From Podarcis liolepis (taxonomy: Eukaryota): DNA of 64,000 nt. How positions within the stretch are numbered: position 1 is the stretch's first letter; the number at the start of each line of letters is the position of its first letter. Both the position numbers and the translations under genes were made by a program. Of the stretch, positions 12,761 to 23,990 are shown piece after piece. A model generated the notes under the pieces. The model saw only the letters and a list, made by a program, of their open reading frames with translations, was not told where the DNA came from and did no database searches. The stretch is taken from assembly GCA_965112155.1 (NCBI GenBank), contig OZ218106.1. One strand, written 5' to 3'.

Positions 12761-13303
12761 CCCTTTTCTTTAAATTTTGCTCAGGAAAGGCCGGTAGGAT
12801 CTGAGACATGCTGGAATAATAAATACCTCTTTTATCCACGTTATTACTTTCTGCTTCTACTCCCATTCCGTTAGAACTCCCCCCCCTACTTTCTTGAAAG
12901 CAGTAGTCAAAGCAAAGGAAATCATTTCCATAAAATGTTTATGTGATTGGGATGTGTTTTTCTTCATTATTTGCAGAGGGATCTACACAGATAACCGCAC
13001 TGAAAATAGCTCAGGAACCTGATGCAGAATTAACAGCTACGTATCCTGATTCTTGGGAGTCTGATTACTCCCGATATGCTCTGTCTGCATATTTTTAAAT
13101 AAATATATCGCAAGGACGCTGTAACTCTGTAGTTCGCTCTCATCCAAAGGAAACTAGACCATCAAGTTCTAACCCTGCTCTGGGAAGTGAGAAGTACTTG
13201 AGACTATCAATTTTCTAAAAAATAAAACCAACTGGCTTTTAAAATTCATAGATATCGATGGATTTTGCCATTTCCATTAAAATTGTCATTTCTCAAACAT
13301 ATC

Positions 13304-14060
13304 TGTCAGGGGTTCAGGAGCAGAGGCGAGGACAAGGGAGGAAACAGAGAGCGAGGGGGAGGAGTCCGAAGAAAAGATGAGTGATGACGACGACCCGAGA
13401 TCTCCGAGTCTTTCCAGTGAATCAGAGGATTCACAGAAAGGAGCGCCAGTGGCCAGAGCAAGGGGGGAGCCCAGGGGGACACCCCAGGAAGAAGGGGCCA
13501 GAGGGGGTTCAGAGGGCAGCAGTTGGAAAGCGGGGCCAGCGTCCCCAACAGAGCGCAGTGGAGAGGAAGGGCGTCAGGTATCGAGCTCTGGCAGCTCGCA
13601 GCAGGGGGGAGGGCATGAGTCAGGAGTGGCCACACCTCCATCGGGGAGCGAAGAAACGGTCAAGCGGAAAGTGGAAGGTTGGGCGCGCGCGCCAAGTTCA
13701 AATGCACAGGAAGGCGGCGCAGTAAGCAGCCCAGAAAGGGAGCCAGGTCCTAAAGCCCGACGCAAGGAGACAGGAGGGTCCGGGGGGTCAGTGTCAGAAG
13801 AGTCCAGGAAGGAAGAGACCACGGGGGGCAGAGGGACCCAGAGAAGAACGGTCAGGCGGAAAAGGTGGAGTAAGGCGAGGTTATTAAGTTGGTGTACAAG
13901 GGGCGGAGACTCAGACGGAGCTTCGCCGGTCTAGCTTATAAGACGTAGAGCTGCACGCGGCAGCTTGGAAATGGAAACTGTAACTCAAAAAAGACTTTTA
14001 TAAAGTGAACGCTGGCTAGCGTGATCCTCTGTGAGCTAGGATCTGGGAGCAGCTCTGACA
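13304..14060 (+). mobile_element. Solo LTR (Gypsy/ERV-type), 757 bp
   Basis: TGTCAG...CTGACA inverted termini and a 5-bp TSD ATATC at 13299-13303 and 14061-14065. A TATA-like TTATAAGA lies just after the ORF stop, followed by a possible decayed poly(A) signal CAAAAAAGAC. CpG-rich. Confidence 0.88.
13305..13934 (+). CDS. Putative LTR-encoded frame (209 aa open from LTR base +2; first ATG at 13377 gives 185 aa); acidic/Ser/Gly-rich with an Arg-rich C-terminal motif
   Basis: VRGSGAEARTREETESEGEESEEKMSDDDD...SVSEESRKEE...TVRRKRWSKARLLSWCTR. No stop codon across almost all of the presumed U3. Confidence 0.4.
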   Translation, partial: VRGSGAEARTREETESEGEESEEKMSDDDDPRSPSLSSESEDSQKGAPVARARGEPRGTPQEEGARGGSEGSSWKAGPASPTERSGEEGRQVSSSGSSQQGGGHESGVATPPSGSEETVKRKVEGWARAPSSNAQEGGAVSSPEREPGPKARRKETGGSGGSVSEESRKEETTGGRGTQRRTVRRKRWSKARLLSWCTRGGDSDGASPV

Positions 14061-14857
14061 ATATCATTTCTGGGGAAACATGGTCTTCAGTTTAACATGC
14101 ATTCCTTGGCCTATTTAACTGTTGTCAATATTGATGTTGCCCTTCAGAGCTGGAGAAATTTAAATCATAGAATCATGAAGATGAATCGGCCAAATTCGAG
14201 AATTGAGGCATGAAGGATTCAGTGTGCTGTAGACGTAGATGGTGGGGAACCTATGAGCCATTGAGCTAACTAGACCCACCAGGTTTCCCCGTTTGGTCTA
14301 CGATACCATTATGGTCAAGCCACACCCACCTGCTCTACACCTGACATCATATTTAACATCAGGGTGGGGCAGGTAGAAACCCAGCTAAGCCAAAAGGACA
14401 CCAGGGATTAGCTGATCTGCAAAACTCCTGCAAAGCACTTTGCAAAATAGTCCTTTGTAAAGGGCTCTGCAAGACCATGATATGATGTCAGGTGATGGAC
14501 AGGTGGTCAGCTCCACCCGCCTGTCAATCCTAGCCCACGAGGGCTGGGGGGATATAATGAGAGAGATGATTTGCAGAATGAAAGAAAGGACACCCGCACA
14601 ACCCTTCAGCTGCTTTTAAAGAGAGGTGAGTGGAATAACAACAAAGTCCCATATCCCACCCATGGAAGTTTTACCAAAGTCTCCTCTCCCCTTTGATAAT
14701 TTCCAAATGCATTTTCCTTTCTCATTTTAATTGGTGGCTAAAAGTTGAGGAAATCTTTGGCACAGCAGCAGTCATCATGAATTTTTTAGAGCTTGATGGA
14801 AAAATTTCCCCCTCCTAAATCTGTGCTGGTCAGGTTCTTAGTCAAAGAACAGGAGCA

Positions 14858-15334
14858 TCTTCTTCAGTCTTTGGCGATCACTCGTAGCCGAGTAAGATTG
14901 TCTTCCATAAACATGGTTTTAACAGTGAGTTCGTAAGTGACTGTGGAGGCCAATTCTGGATCCACACGTCCTTCCACAGTGGGGACATTGGTTTCCAGGT
15001 GGGAGTTGATCACGGTGTGGATTTGCCAAGTGTGCCTTCATCATAGCACATTTCTCCCTTGCATCGTGAGTTCGAGTGTCTTCAAAGCCCATGACACCTT
15101 TGGTAAAGGCTGTTCTCCAACTGGAGTGCTCACAGGCCAGTGTTTCCCAGTTGTCAGTGTTTATACTACATTTTTTTATATTTGCCTTGAGAGAGTCTTT
15201 AAACATCTTTTGTTGACCACCATTATTACGCTTTTCATTTTTAAGTTCGGAATAGTGTAGTTGCTTTGGAAGACAATCATCAGGCATCCGAACAACATGA
15301 CCAGTCCAGTGAAGTAGATGTTGAAGAATCATTG
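14858..15334 (-). mobile_element. RTE-clade LINE 3' fragment (non-BovB) with a C-terminal C2H2 finger
   Basis: LHWTGHVVRMPDDCLPKQLHYSEL...CPHCGRTCGSRIGLHSHLRTH, then a short 3' UTR and a GAA-type tail. Confidence 0.88.
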
Positions 15335-17717
15335 TTTCATTTCCACAGATTAATCTCACTCTTAGGGCAACTGCAGGGCTAGAAGACCTCTCTGGAGGAA
15401 GCAGAGGATACAATGCACCTCCGAAACATAATTTGATTTTTTTTCTACCAGTATTTTAGAAGCAAACTAGACATGAAATGAATGTTCACTTTTGGTTTGG
15501 GGCTTTGGAATCTCTGGGAGACTGGGATGCGTAGTGTCTTTCTCTCCTGTCACACTTTGGACAAACAGATTTCCTGAAGCTGCTATTTGCATTCCAAGAG
15601 AAGTTGCCATTGGTACCTTTGAAATGAACACGGCAGCTTCAGAGAGGAGATTTTTTGAGAACCGTGGCAGAGCCATAAATATGTAACCTTTTCTCCCTCA
15701 AAGCCATATTCCTAAAGCTGCTCAGGCTGAAATACAATTGCTGTTTACATAACAAAAACACATACTGATTTTATTAACATCTCATCTGCTTTAGACCTCA
15801 TAATACCATTGGGCCGGTGGAAAAAAGAACTCAACAAAGGCTCCGGTTTAAATATAAACTCAGATCTAACCTCATTGCATAGCTTTGGGGAAAGCATTTT
15901 TCTTTTAGCATTGGTGCTTCATGTGTCAATTGGGAATAAGAGCCTAACCTTGAGGGCGATTCTAATATAGATTTTTGTAAGAATTGCTACCAACTGTACA
16001 CAATACATCTACCACAACAATGGCAGCAATTTATTTTTTATTTATTTCTGCTACCCAAAAAAGTAATAATAAGTAAATTGTGGTTATCTCCTGCTACTTA
16101 GCAACAATCTGGAGCACTACCGAACAAACAAACAAACAAACAAACAACTCCAATCATTTTATTGGGTCATCAACACTCAGTAATTTTTAATTAGCGGAAA
16201 AAGGTACCATGTGTGCCTTTTAACAAAAATGTTTAATGTGATGCTAGCGGGGAGAATCTACTTATTGTAAATTTATTGTTATGTTTACAGAGGTCGGCGC
16301 AGAACAAATGTTAGTGACTGTTGGCTTATGGCAGACAGTGGAAAAGGGAGAAGGATTAGATGAGGAGGAGAAACTTTTTCATCATTAAATTTAGCAAAGA
16401 CTGCTCACCCTTAAGAGCATACTACAGGGTTTTTACTTTTAATTAAGTTTTAACTGCTGTTTATGGAAATTCTCCTCTAAATCAGTATCAAACATGTCCT
16501 AAAGCCATTCATACATAACCACTAATTCATTCTGTGCTTGACAATCCGTCTGCCGGAGCTCTGTCAGCAAAATAGCTGATTATACTAGATTTGGTTGAGA
16601 CTCATTTGCAATTTCTGATTAAACTGCTTTTATTGTACTGGATTGTAATGCTAATCAGAATTAAGCTAGGTGCTGAAACATGACCAACATTTATCAGAGA
16701 ATGAGTTTGTTTCTTTTTCTTTCTCTCTCTTTTTTTAAAGAAGATCAGACCAAAAGTCTAAATGGAACTAACCTGTGGTCTGTTTATTAAGATTAGCACT
16801 AGAGCAAAACAAATTTGCAGTTCAAGGAATTTCCTAATTCTGAGATTTCATTTTGCGAGACTCTGGGGTGGGGTGGGGGGGGGGGAATGCAACCAGAGGC
16901 TTCAAAGGCATGAGTTGATGATTAAATTAAAATGCTGCAAGGCTCTAAGGTAAACATTTGTACATCCTGTACTATTTATGCTTAAACAATAAGGACTTTG
17001 TTCTGCATATTCCAGACTAAATCAGGATCAGGATCTAATATAACCAAAACCCTCAGTTCCAAGACAAGCTTCAATGAGATTAATACCAGCCGTTAATTAC
17101 TCTAGGCTTCTAATTGCAATATGCCATAGAATGCCAGCCTGAATATTCTGTGCTGTCCTTCAGTTTACGATATGAAAGGTAATGGAAGATTGGTAAGCTT
17201 TGCTACTCTGAATGTAAAATAACCTTGAGATGCAGTTCAATCCAAAATCCAGTTATTCCATTGTTCGAAAAGCTACAACCCTATGCAACACTTCCTTTGG
17301 AGCAAGTGCCCCTGAACACAGCTAGACAAACTTTATTTTATTTTATTTTATTTTCTAAGAGATGCACTTCTGAAGGATAGAAGTGTATAGGATAGAAGTG
17401 TATAGGATAGAAGCGGTTCTGTACCTACTTAACTGAGCATAAGCTCCATTGAATTCAGTGGGATTCATTTCTGAACAGACTTTTAGAGAATGGCACAGAG
17501 TTATTAATCGATTTAGTACTAATCAAAATCCAACAATAAACTCAGAAGTACGTCTCGCTGAGTTCAGTGGCGTAAGAACGTAAGAAGAGCGTGCTGGATC
17601 AGGCCACTGGTTCCTGTTCTCTCAGTGGCCATATGGCACTTAAGTCCTTAGGGTTGCAGCCTTGCTTCCCGGTACATATTTTTAGGGACTGCTTAACTCA
17701 GTGCTTCTCAAGTAAGA

Positions 17718-17880
17718 GTGTGGTGCTGGGGTTATAGTGTTGCACTAAGACTGTGGCGATCTGGATTAAAACACCCACTCAGCCATGAAATGCATGGGTT
17801 GTCCTTGGGCAAGTCACCAACTCTAAGCCTAACCTTCCTCACAGGGTTGTTCTGAGGATAAAAATGTAGCAGAGGACCAG
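17718..17880 (+). mobile_element. Old MIR/Squam3-like tRNA SINE
   Basis: Degenerate head GTGTGGTG...GGTTATAGTGTTG and core CCTTGGGCAAGTCAC...CCTCACAGGGTTGTT. Confidence 0.55.
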
Positions 17881-18730
17881 GTATGCTGTCTTGTGCATAT
17901 ATTATGCACATAGGGCCATTAATGCAACCTGGGCCCCTCCCCCACCACACCACAAGAGCTGTTCAACTCCTTTCCTGTTTCATCCTGTTCATTCCAGAAA
18001 TGTCATCTACTCCTGTTCCACTCTCCTCCCTCCCTGTCTCACTCATTGCATTTTGGATGCTATGGATTGTTTTCAGAAGTTCAGGCTCGGTCACAGAGCA
18101 GAGCAGGTGAGCCTTAATTCCAAACTCATATATATTGATGGAGTATGTGGGGGATAATAACATTTTCAGCTTGGAACAGCAACGACCCTACTGGCAAAAT
18201 GCACCACCACAACCCTGCTGCCCCTTTAAAACTGTATATATTTTACGGATATTGCTTAATAGGTTATGTTGCACAGAGACAAGTATGAGGGGTTATTGGT
18301 GAACTAATCACAGTGGAAGACCAAACTGAGGTGATCACTTAAGCAGTGGAATCTTCCATGTGTTATCCCCAAAGGAATTTTACGCATAAATTACAAAACA
18401 TATGCACTATTTACTACTTTTTAGTGTACGATTCCTGGACTTTCTAGAAAACAAATGTAAAAAAGATGCTAAATGAGCAGCTCAAACAGAAGCAGGCAGT
18501 CGATGCAAGAAGTGATCTGATACAGCAAAGCTTGAGTGCGTTGGAATCCACAAATCCATATCAAGATTGGTTTCCAATGGATTCCTCATGTATCCTTAAA
18601 AATTATGCAGGGTGTAGAGAAAGTGGACCAGGGGGTTGGGGAGAGAGTTTTTCTTCCTCTCTCATAATGTCAGAACTCAGGATCATGCAATCAGATGGGT
18701 CGGAAGCATGTTGTGGAAATAATTGGCAGT

Positions 18731-18819
18731 GAAAAGAAAAGAAAAGAAAAGAAAAGAAAAGAAAAGAAAAGAAAAGAAAAGAAAAGAAAAGAAAAGAAAA
18801 GAAAAGAAAAGAAAAGAAA
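18731..18819. repeat. (GAAAA)n microsatellite
   Basis: Direct reading. Confidence 0.98.
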
Positions 18820-18849
18820 GAGCACTTCTTCACACTACATATAATTCAC

Positions 18850-19120
18850 ATCTGGCTTCCACTGCCACAAGATGTAGTGATGGACACTGGCTCAGATGGA
18901 TTTAAAGGGGCTTTAAACCAATTTGCGGAGGAAGAGTCTATACATGGTTTATACAGAAGAGTACATTCAGAGGGAGTATGAATGCAAGTTGCTGAAGAGC
19001 AGCAATGGGAATCAGACGGTTACTGCCTTCAAGTTCTGCTTGTGGTCTCTTAGAAGCATCCAACTGGGGCCTATGAAAATTTGGATGCTGGCTTAATCTA
19101 GCAGGGCTCCCCCTCCCCAT
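18850..19120 (+). mobile_element. Degraded CR1 3' end
   Basis: Reads LPQDVVMDTGSDGFKGAL..F.EE.S, resembling the CR1 ORF2 C-terminus, followed by a CR1-like UTR. Confidence 0.6.
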
Positions 19121-19258
19121 TCTTAGCAGTGTACACGGACCTTTACAGAGGAGTGTAAGCGACAGACAGATCTCAGCCCTCAATAGCTTACAGCCTAGAT
19201 CTGGACACTGAGAGTTGAAGCGCACAATAAAGCCAGGGGAGGCTACAGGAAATGAGTG

Positions 19259-19484
19259 CAGTGGTACCTCGGGTTAAGAACTTAATTCGTTCTGGAGGTC
19301 TGTTCTTAACCTGAAACTGTTCTTAACCTGAAGCACCACTTTAGCTAACGGGGCCTCCTGCTGCTGCTGCGCTGCCACTGCATGATTTCTATTCTCATCC
19401 TGAAGCAAAGTTCTTAACCCAAGGTAATATTTCTGGGTTAGCGGACTCTGTAACCTGAAGTGTATGTAACCCAAGGTACCACTT
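19259..19484 (-). mobile_element. Tigger-like MITE family A (reverse orientation)
   Basis: CAGTGGTACCTCGGGTTAAG...AAGGTACCACT. Confidence 0.9.
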
Positions 19485-19880
19485 TATTTGTAAATACACA
19501 CACACACACACACACCAGGTAGATCAGGCAATACCTCACTCAGTCTGAGGAGCAATAGTACCAGCTGCCCTCTCTAGCTACTTGGCAAATGGGCCACATC
19601 TCTGACATCCATGTTGAGCTGTAAAATTCAAATGCACATTTGAAAATCTAACACGCATTGGTTGATTTCTTGTGGTTTGGTGTCCTGGATGAAATCAGCT
19701 AATCACCTATGTATGCTGGGCCTACTTGGGTCATAACGAAGCATGACTGTCCCACATTCATGTCCTGTGATGTCAGAGATGGGACTGGTGCTCTGGCTAG
19801 GTGAGGGTAGCAGGCACACTCATGGTCCCCACCACCTATATGGGTCACATTGAAGAGGTTTCATCTGATCCAGAGATTAG

Positions 19881-19953
19881 TTGTCTCATCATTAAGTTAG
19901 TCTTCCACTCTAACTGAATTAAGTTAGAGTGGAACACTAACTTAGTGAGACAA
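19881..19953. repeat. 73-nt near-perfect inverted repeat (hairpin)
   Basis: TAAGTTAGTCTTCCACTCTAACT pairs with AGTTAGAGTGGAACACTAACTTA (one mismatch), with an outer TTGTCTCA/TGAGACAA stem. Confidence 0.85.
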
Positions 19954-20625
19954 CAGAGTTTGGAAAACAGAGCAGTGAGGGGTAGGGAATGGTTCTGCCA
20001 ATAAAACCCTGGTTTAAGTAGTATTCTGGGCTTGAGCTCCCATTAATTAAAAATAATGAAAACCCTCTGTGAGCAATCTATGAACCCAAGTAGTACATAA
20101 AGGCAATACTTCCTGAAGAAACTAGCTAAGGATCACATGTGTGAAAATGTATCCATTGTTGTAGTCCATGCTATGAAACTGGATTCTGCAGTTGGGGTGT
20201 TACTATTTCACTATTCTTTGTGAATAAAGCCAGAATAGAAGATTATAGGATGTGAGATTTTACATTAGATTGGCATCTTTTAGGGAAAACTCGAAATAAG
20301 CTGAGGCCTCTTTCTGATCAAATTTCTCACTGATATCTGGCGTTTCTGCTCGTCACTGTAATACATTTATCTTACGATGTGAGAGGGATGAAAAGAAATT
20401 TGTGATTCAGCAAAAAAAAAAAAAGTACACAGTAAAACGGTAAAATCTGTTCTCAATGCTCAGACTAATTAGTCTGTTTAATTAGACTGTCTAATTGGAG
20501 ACTGTCTTGCTGTGAACAAGAATGAAGGTGTCAGAGGCACTGGATTAAAATGCTTTGCTGATTAGACTTTTTTTTTCCTTTTAGAAAATTAGAAATGTTA
20601 TACATGTTCACATCGCTCTGAAATG

Positions 20626-20627
20626 GA

Positions 20628-20687
<60 letters not shown>
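20626..20687. repeat. (GAAA)n microsatellite
   Basis: Direct reading. Confidence 0.98.
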
Positions 20688-21283
20688 CTTGCTTGCTCAC
20701 CCCTAGTTACATTTATTACAGTTTTGTGGGACTCCGTATTATTTCTCTTTCTACTGATGTCCAAAATAACAGCCTCAAATCGCTATGGGCAATTTTCATA
20801 TTTTCATGTCTTTTTATAGACAGTGTAATCAGTGGGTGCTGGTCCATTATGGCAACTGGGGCACTGCCCCTTGCCTTAGTCTCCCCTAAGCCAGTCCCCA
20901 CCTCCATACCTTATGACCCTGCCTTTTGGAAATGAGGCACAGCAGAAACTGTGGTGTTTTTATGTACACATATATACAATCTGAGCTTGCAATGGAAGAG
21001 TTCCCAGAATTACCACCCCAAAAGGGTCTTCTTTCCCCTTAGCTGCAGCCTTGATTTAAACAGACATGAAACGTTGACTCTCTTCCCAGTTTGTTGCTTT
21101 TTCCTTTGGTCCTTGCAAATGCTAAGCTGTGGCTTCATCTTTCTAACTATCTCAGAGTTGAAGGATTTGGCCCACCAATTTGCCATCTGACACAGAGCTT
21201 TCCTTTCCTTTCCTTTTTCCTTTCCTTTCCTTTTCATTTCCTTAATGGACCATCACCCAGGCGATCACCTCACCAGCAAGCTA

Positions 21284-21614
21284 GGACCCCTGACCATTAG
21301 GTCCATTTGTGGCTGACTCTGGGGTTGCGGCGCTCATCTCGCTTTATTGGCTGAGGGAGCTGGCGTACAGCTTCCGGGTCATGTGGTCAGCATGACAAAG
21401 CCACTTCTGGCGAACCAGAGCAGCGCACGGAAATGCTGTTTACCTTCCCGCCGGAGCGGTACCTATTTATCTACTTGCACTTTGACGTCCTTTCGAACTG
21501 CTAGGTTGGCAGGAGCAGGGAACGAGCAACAGGAGCTCACCCCGTCGCGGGAATTCGAACCACTGACCTTCTTATCGGCAAGTCCTAGGCTCTGTGGTTT
21601 AACCCACAGCGCCA
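21284..21614 (-). mobile_element. Sauria SINE (short-form, POM-like)
   Basis: Reverse complement of the copy at 50614-50960. Confidence 0.92.
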
Positions 21615-22121
21615 TCATGAAGCTAGTCTGGCTTATATTTTAGCACTTTCTGGATCCAGGGGTTAGAAGGCTTTCCCCATGCAGCCAACTACCTCTCCCC
21701 CCGCCCCCATTGTGCATGGTGGAGAAGAGGAGATGGATGTACACAGTGCTCTTGTAGGCCCTCTCTGCCACCAGCAAAGCCACTGCCGTTGTCATGGTGG
21801 TGTGAGGTGAGGCACAGGCAGAGGAAGAAAAGGAGAAGGGAAGAGAGCAAGTAGCTGCCAGGTAGGGGCTGCGGCAGGGGAGGTGGCCAGCTGACTCACA
21901 TGGCAGTGAGGCACCAAAAGACCCACGTCCCAATTTTCAGCTGAAGAATGTTGGAGGGTATGCTTTAAAGAGGTGCTTTTTCCATACGGTACAAAACACT
22001 TGATTCATGGCTCTCCTCCTGTCTGTGCTGGTCCACACCAATAAGTGGGATTGTCTTCTTCAGTGAAATGGAGCAGAGGTAGCTTAAGTCTGCTCCCATC
22101 ACAGCTTTTTGCTACGTCTCT

Positions 22122-22365
22122 CCAGTGTGGTGTAGTGGTTAAGAGCGGTAGTCTCATAATCTGGGGAACCGGGTTCGCGTCTCCGCTCCTCCACACGCAG
22201 CTGCTGGGTGACCTTGGGCTAGTCACACTTCTCTGAAGTCTCTCAGCCCCACTCACCTCACAGAGTGTTTGTTGTAGGGGAGGAAGGGAAAGGAGAATGT
22301 TAGCCGCTTTGAGACTCCTTCAGGTAGTGATAAAGCGGGATATCAAATCCAAACTCTTCTTCTCT
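22122..22365 (+). mobile_element. tRNA-derived SINE with (CTT)n tail (Squam3-like)
   Basis: Head CCAGTGTGGTGTAGTGGTTAAGAGC...GGTTCGCGTC; the body is near-identical to 31217-31481. Confidence 0.88.
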
Positions 22366-23567
22366 TTGATCAGCTCTTCACTCTGATTCTATACAGACTG
22401 CCAGAAGCCCACCTGGAAGCAGCTTCACCTCCCCTAAATTGCCACATCCCTACTTGCTTCAGAGGGGATGAATTTAATACCTGGCTGTACCAATCCCACA
22501 CTCAAAATTAAAGCCTTCGCAAGCACAAAGTGCAAGGTATAATGCTGGTGCACACAAATGAAAGGGAATTTTTACACTGAGTTGAGTGGGGTGTGGACTG
22601 AATCCACAGTCTGGATATGAGTAACCTTCTTTAATTAATAAAGAGAACTTTTAAAGGGCAAAACACATATCCATAAATTGCTTATGAAGTACTTGTGAGT
22701 CCTATAAACTTTACTTTCCCCCGCTTTTCAATTATATCAGTCCCACCAGTCATTGTTAGCTAAATACAGTCTGTCTTTTGGCTTACCCTATCACTCTTGG
22801 TAACATTAAAGCGTGTAGGCTGATACTTAATTCTCACGCTGACTTTCTGTCAGAGAATATAAGGGATTTTTTTTTCTTTTTTTAAAAAAAAATGTTGCAT
22901 TTGCCTGAAAGGTACCATTTAAAGCAAGTAGAAAATTCATAGCTCTTATTTATAGTCCCATGATGGATTGTTAACCTAATTGCATTAGACAAACCAGAGA
23001 TCAGTAAAATTCTATGAGTTGAAGTGCCGTCTGGAGTAAATTGCCACTGGTTCATCGGCAGTGCATAAGAGCTATGCTGTTCTACACCAGTCAGTAACCA
23101 GCTTACTCAACATTTTCAGGTTTCAGAGGCTTGCCTTTTGCTTGTCAGTTGGTTATGTTTAACAACGTGCTTCCAGCAATCCCATGAAGATCACCCTCTC
23201 ACGATACGTCTGCAATGCAAGAGCTCATGTGCTGTGAAATGTCCGTGTGTTCCAGCTGCCCATGCGGATGGGGGGGGGCAGAAACGGTTGTGTAAAATCT
23301 TAAACTATATTAGTGGGGATTAGAGTTAAGATCGCTGAGTATTGTGTCACAGCTGTTTCCCAAACTCACCACAGATTGTATTGGAACTTGAGCATTAGGC
23401 CTGGTCTAACACAAACAGCTGATTACATAATAAAACCGTCCCTTGACTGAACCACTTCAGATTGCAGATGGGAGATTTTGTGATTAATTCTACTTCATTA
23501 AAAAAAAATCCATTCACATAGAAAACTCAAGGTTAGGGGACAAGGAGGCTAAATTAATCTTTCCCTG

Positions 23568-23853
23568 TGTTATGTACTGAGTTGAATAGGATCCAAAATG
23601 CAGCAGTCTGATTGGTCCTAGAACAATGCAGCAGTATGATTGGTCCGCAGGAACCACGCAATCCAGCTCCAGGTGGAAGTGAATCCACAACCTGATTGGC
23701 CTACAGGAGGATCCCGGAATTAGCCAATCACGTGCAACCCATTGTGTAAATAATGTATATAAAGCAGATATTGTGGGGGAACTTCCATTCCTCTTCACCA
23801 CTATGAGCTGAATAAAGAGCATGAAATCCACTCTTTACTCCGAGTATATTTCA
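23568..23853 (+). mobile_element. Solo LTR, 286 bp
   Basis: TG...CA termini and a 5-bp TSD CCCTG (23563-23567, 23854-23858). Repeated GATTGG/CCAAT boxes, TATATAAA at ~23757 and AATAAA at 23811, in canonical U3-R order. Confidence 0.9.
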
Positions 23854-23990
23854 CCCTGGTAGGCTGTTTTATTTATGACAAAGATGGGGAACCAATGGCT
23901 TCCTAGGCGATGTTGAACTACAACTCTTTTCATCCCTGGCCATTGGACAGATGGGCTGAGAATGATGGGAGCTGGAGTCCAATAGCATCT

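Noticed and set aside
18466-18905. ORFs including MLNEQLKQKQ... and KRKEKKRKEK...
   Set aside because: Short, with no recognisable domain or convincing splice context; the Lys/Arg-rich one is the (GAAAA)n repeat.
20461-20496. Short palindromes CAGACTAATTAGTCTG and AATTAGACTGTCTAATT
   Set aside because: Too short to assign a function; consistent with local template-switch duplication.
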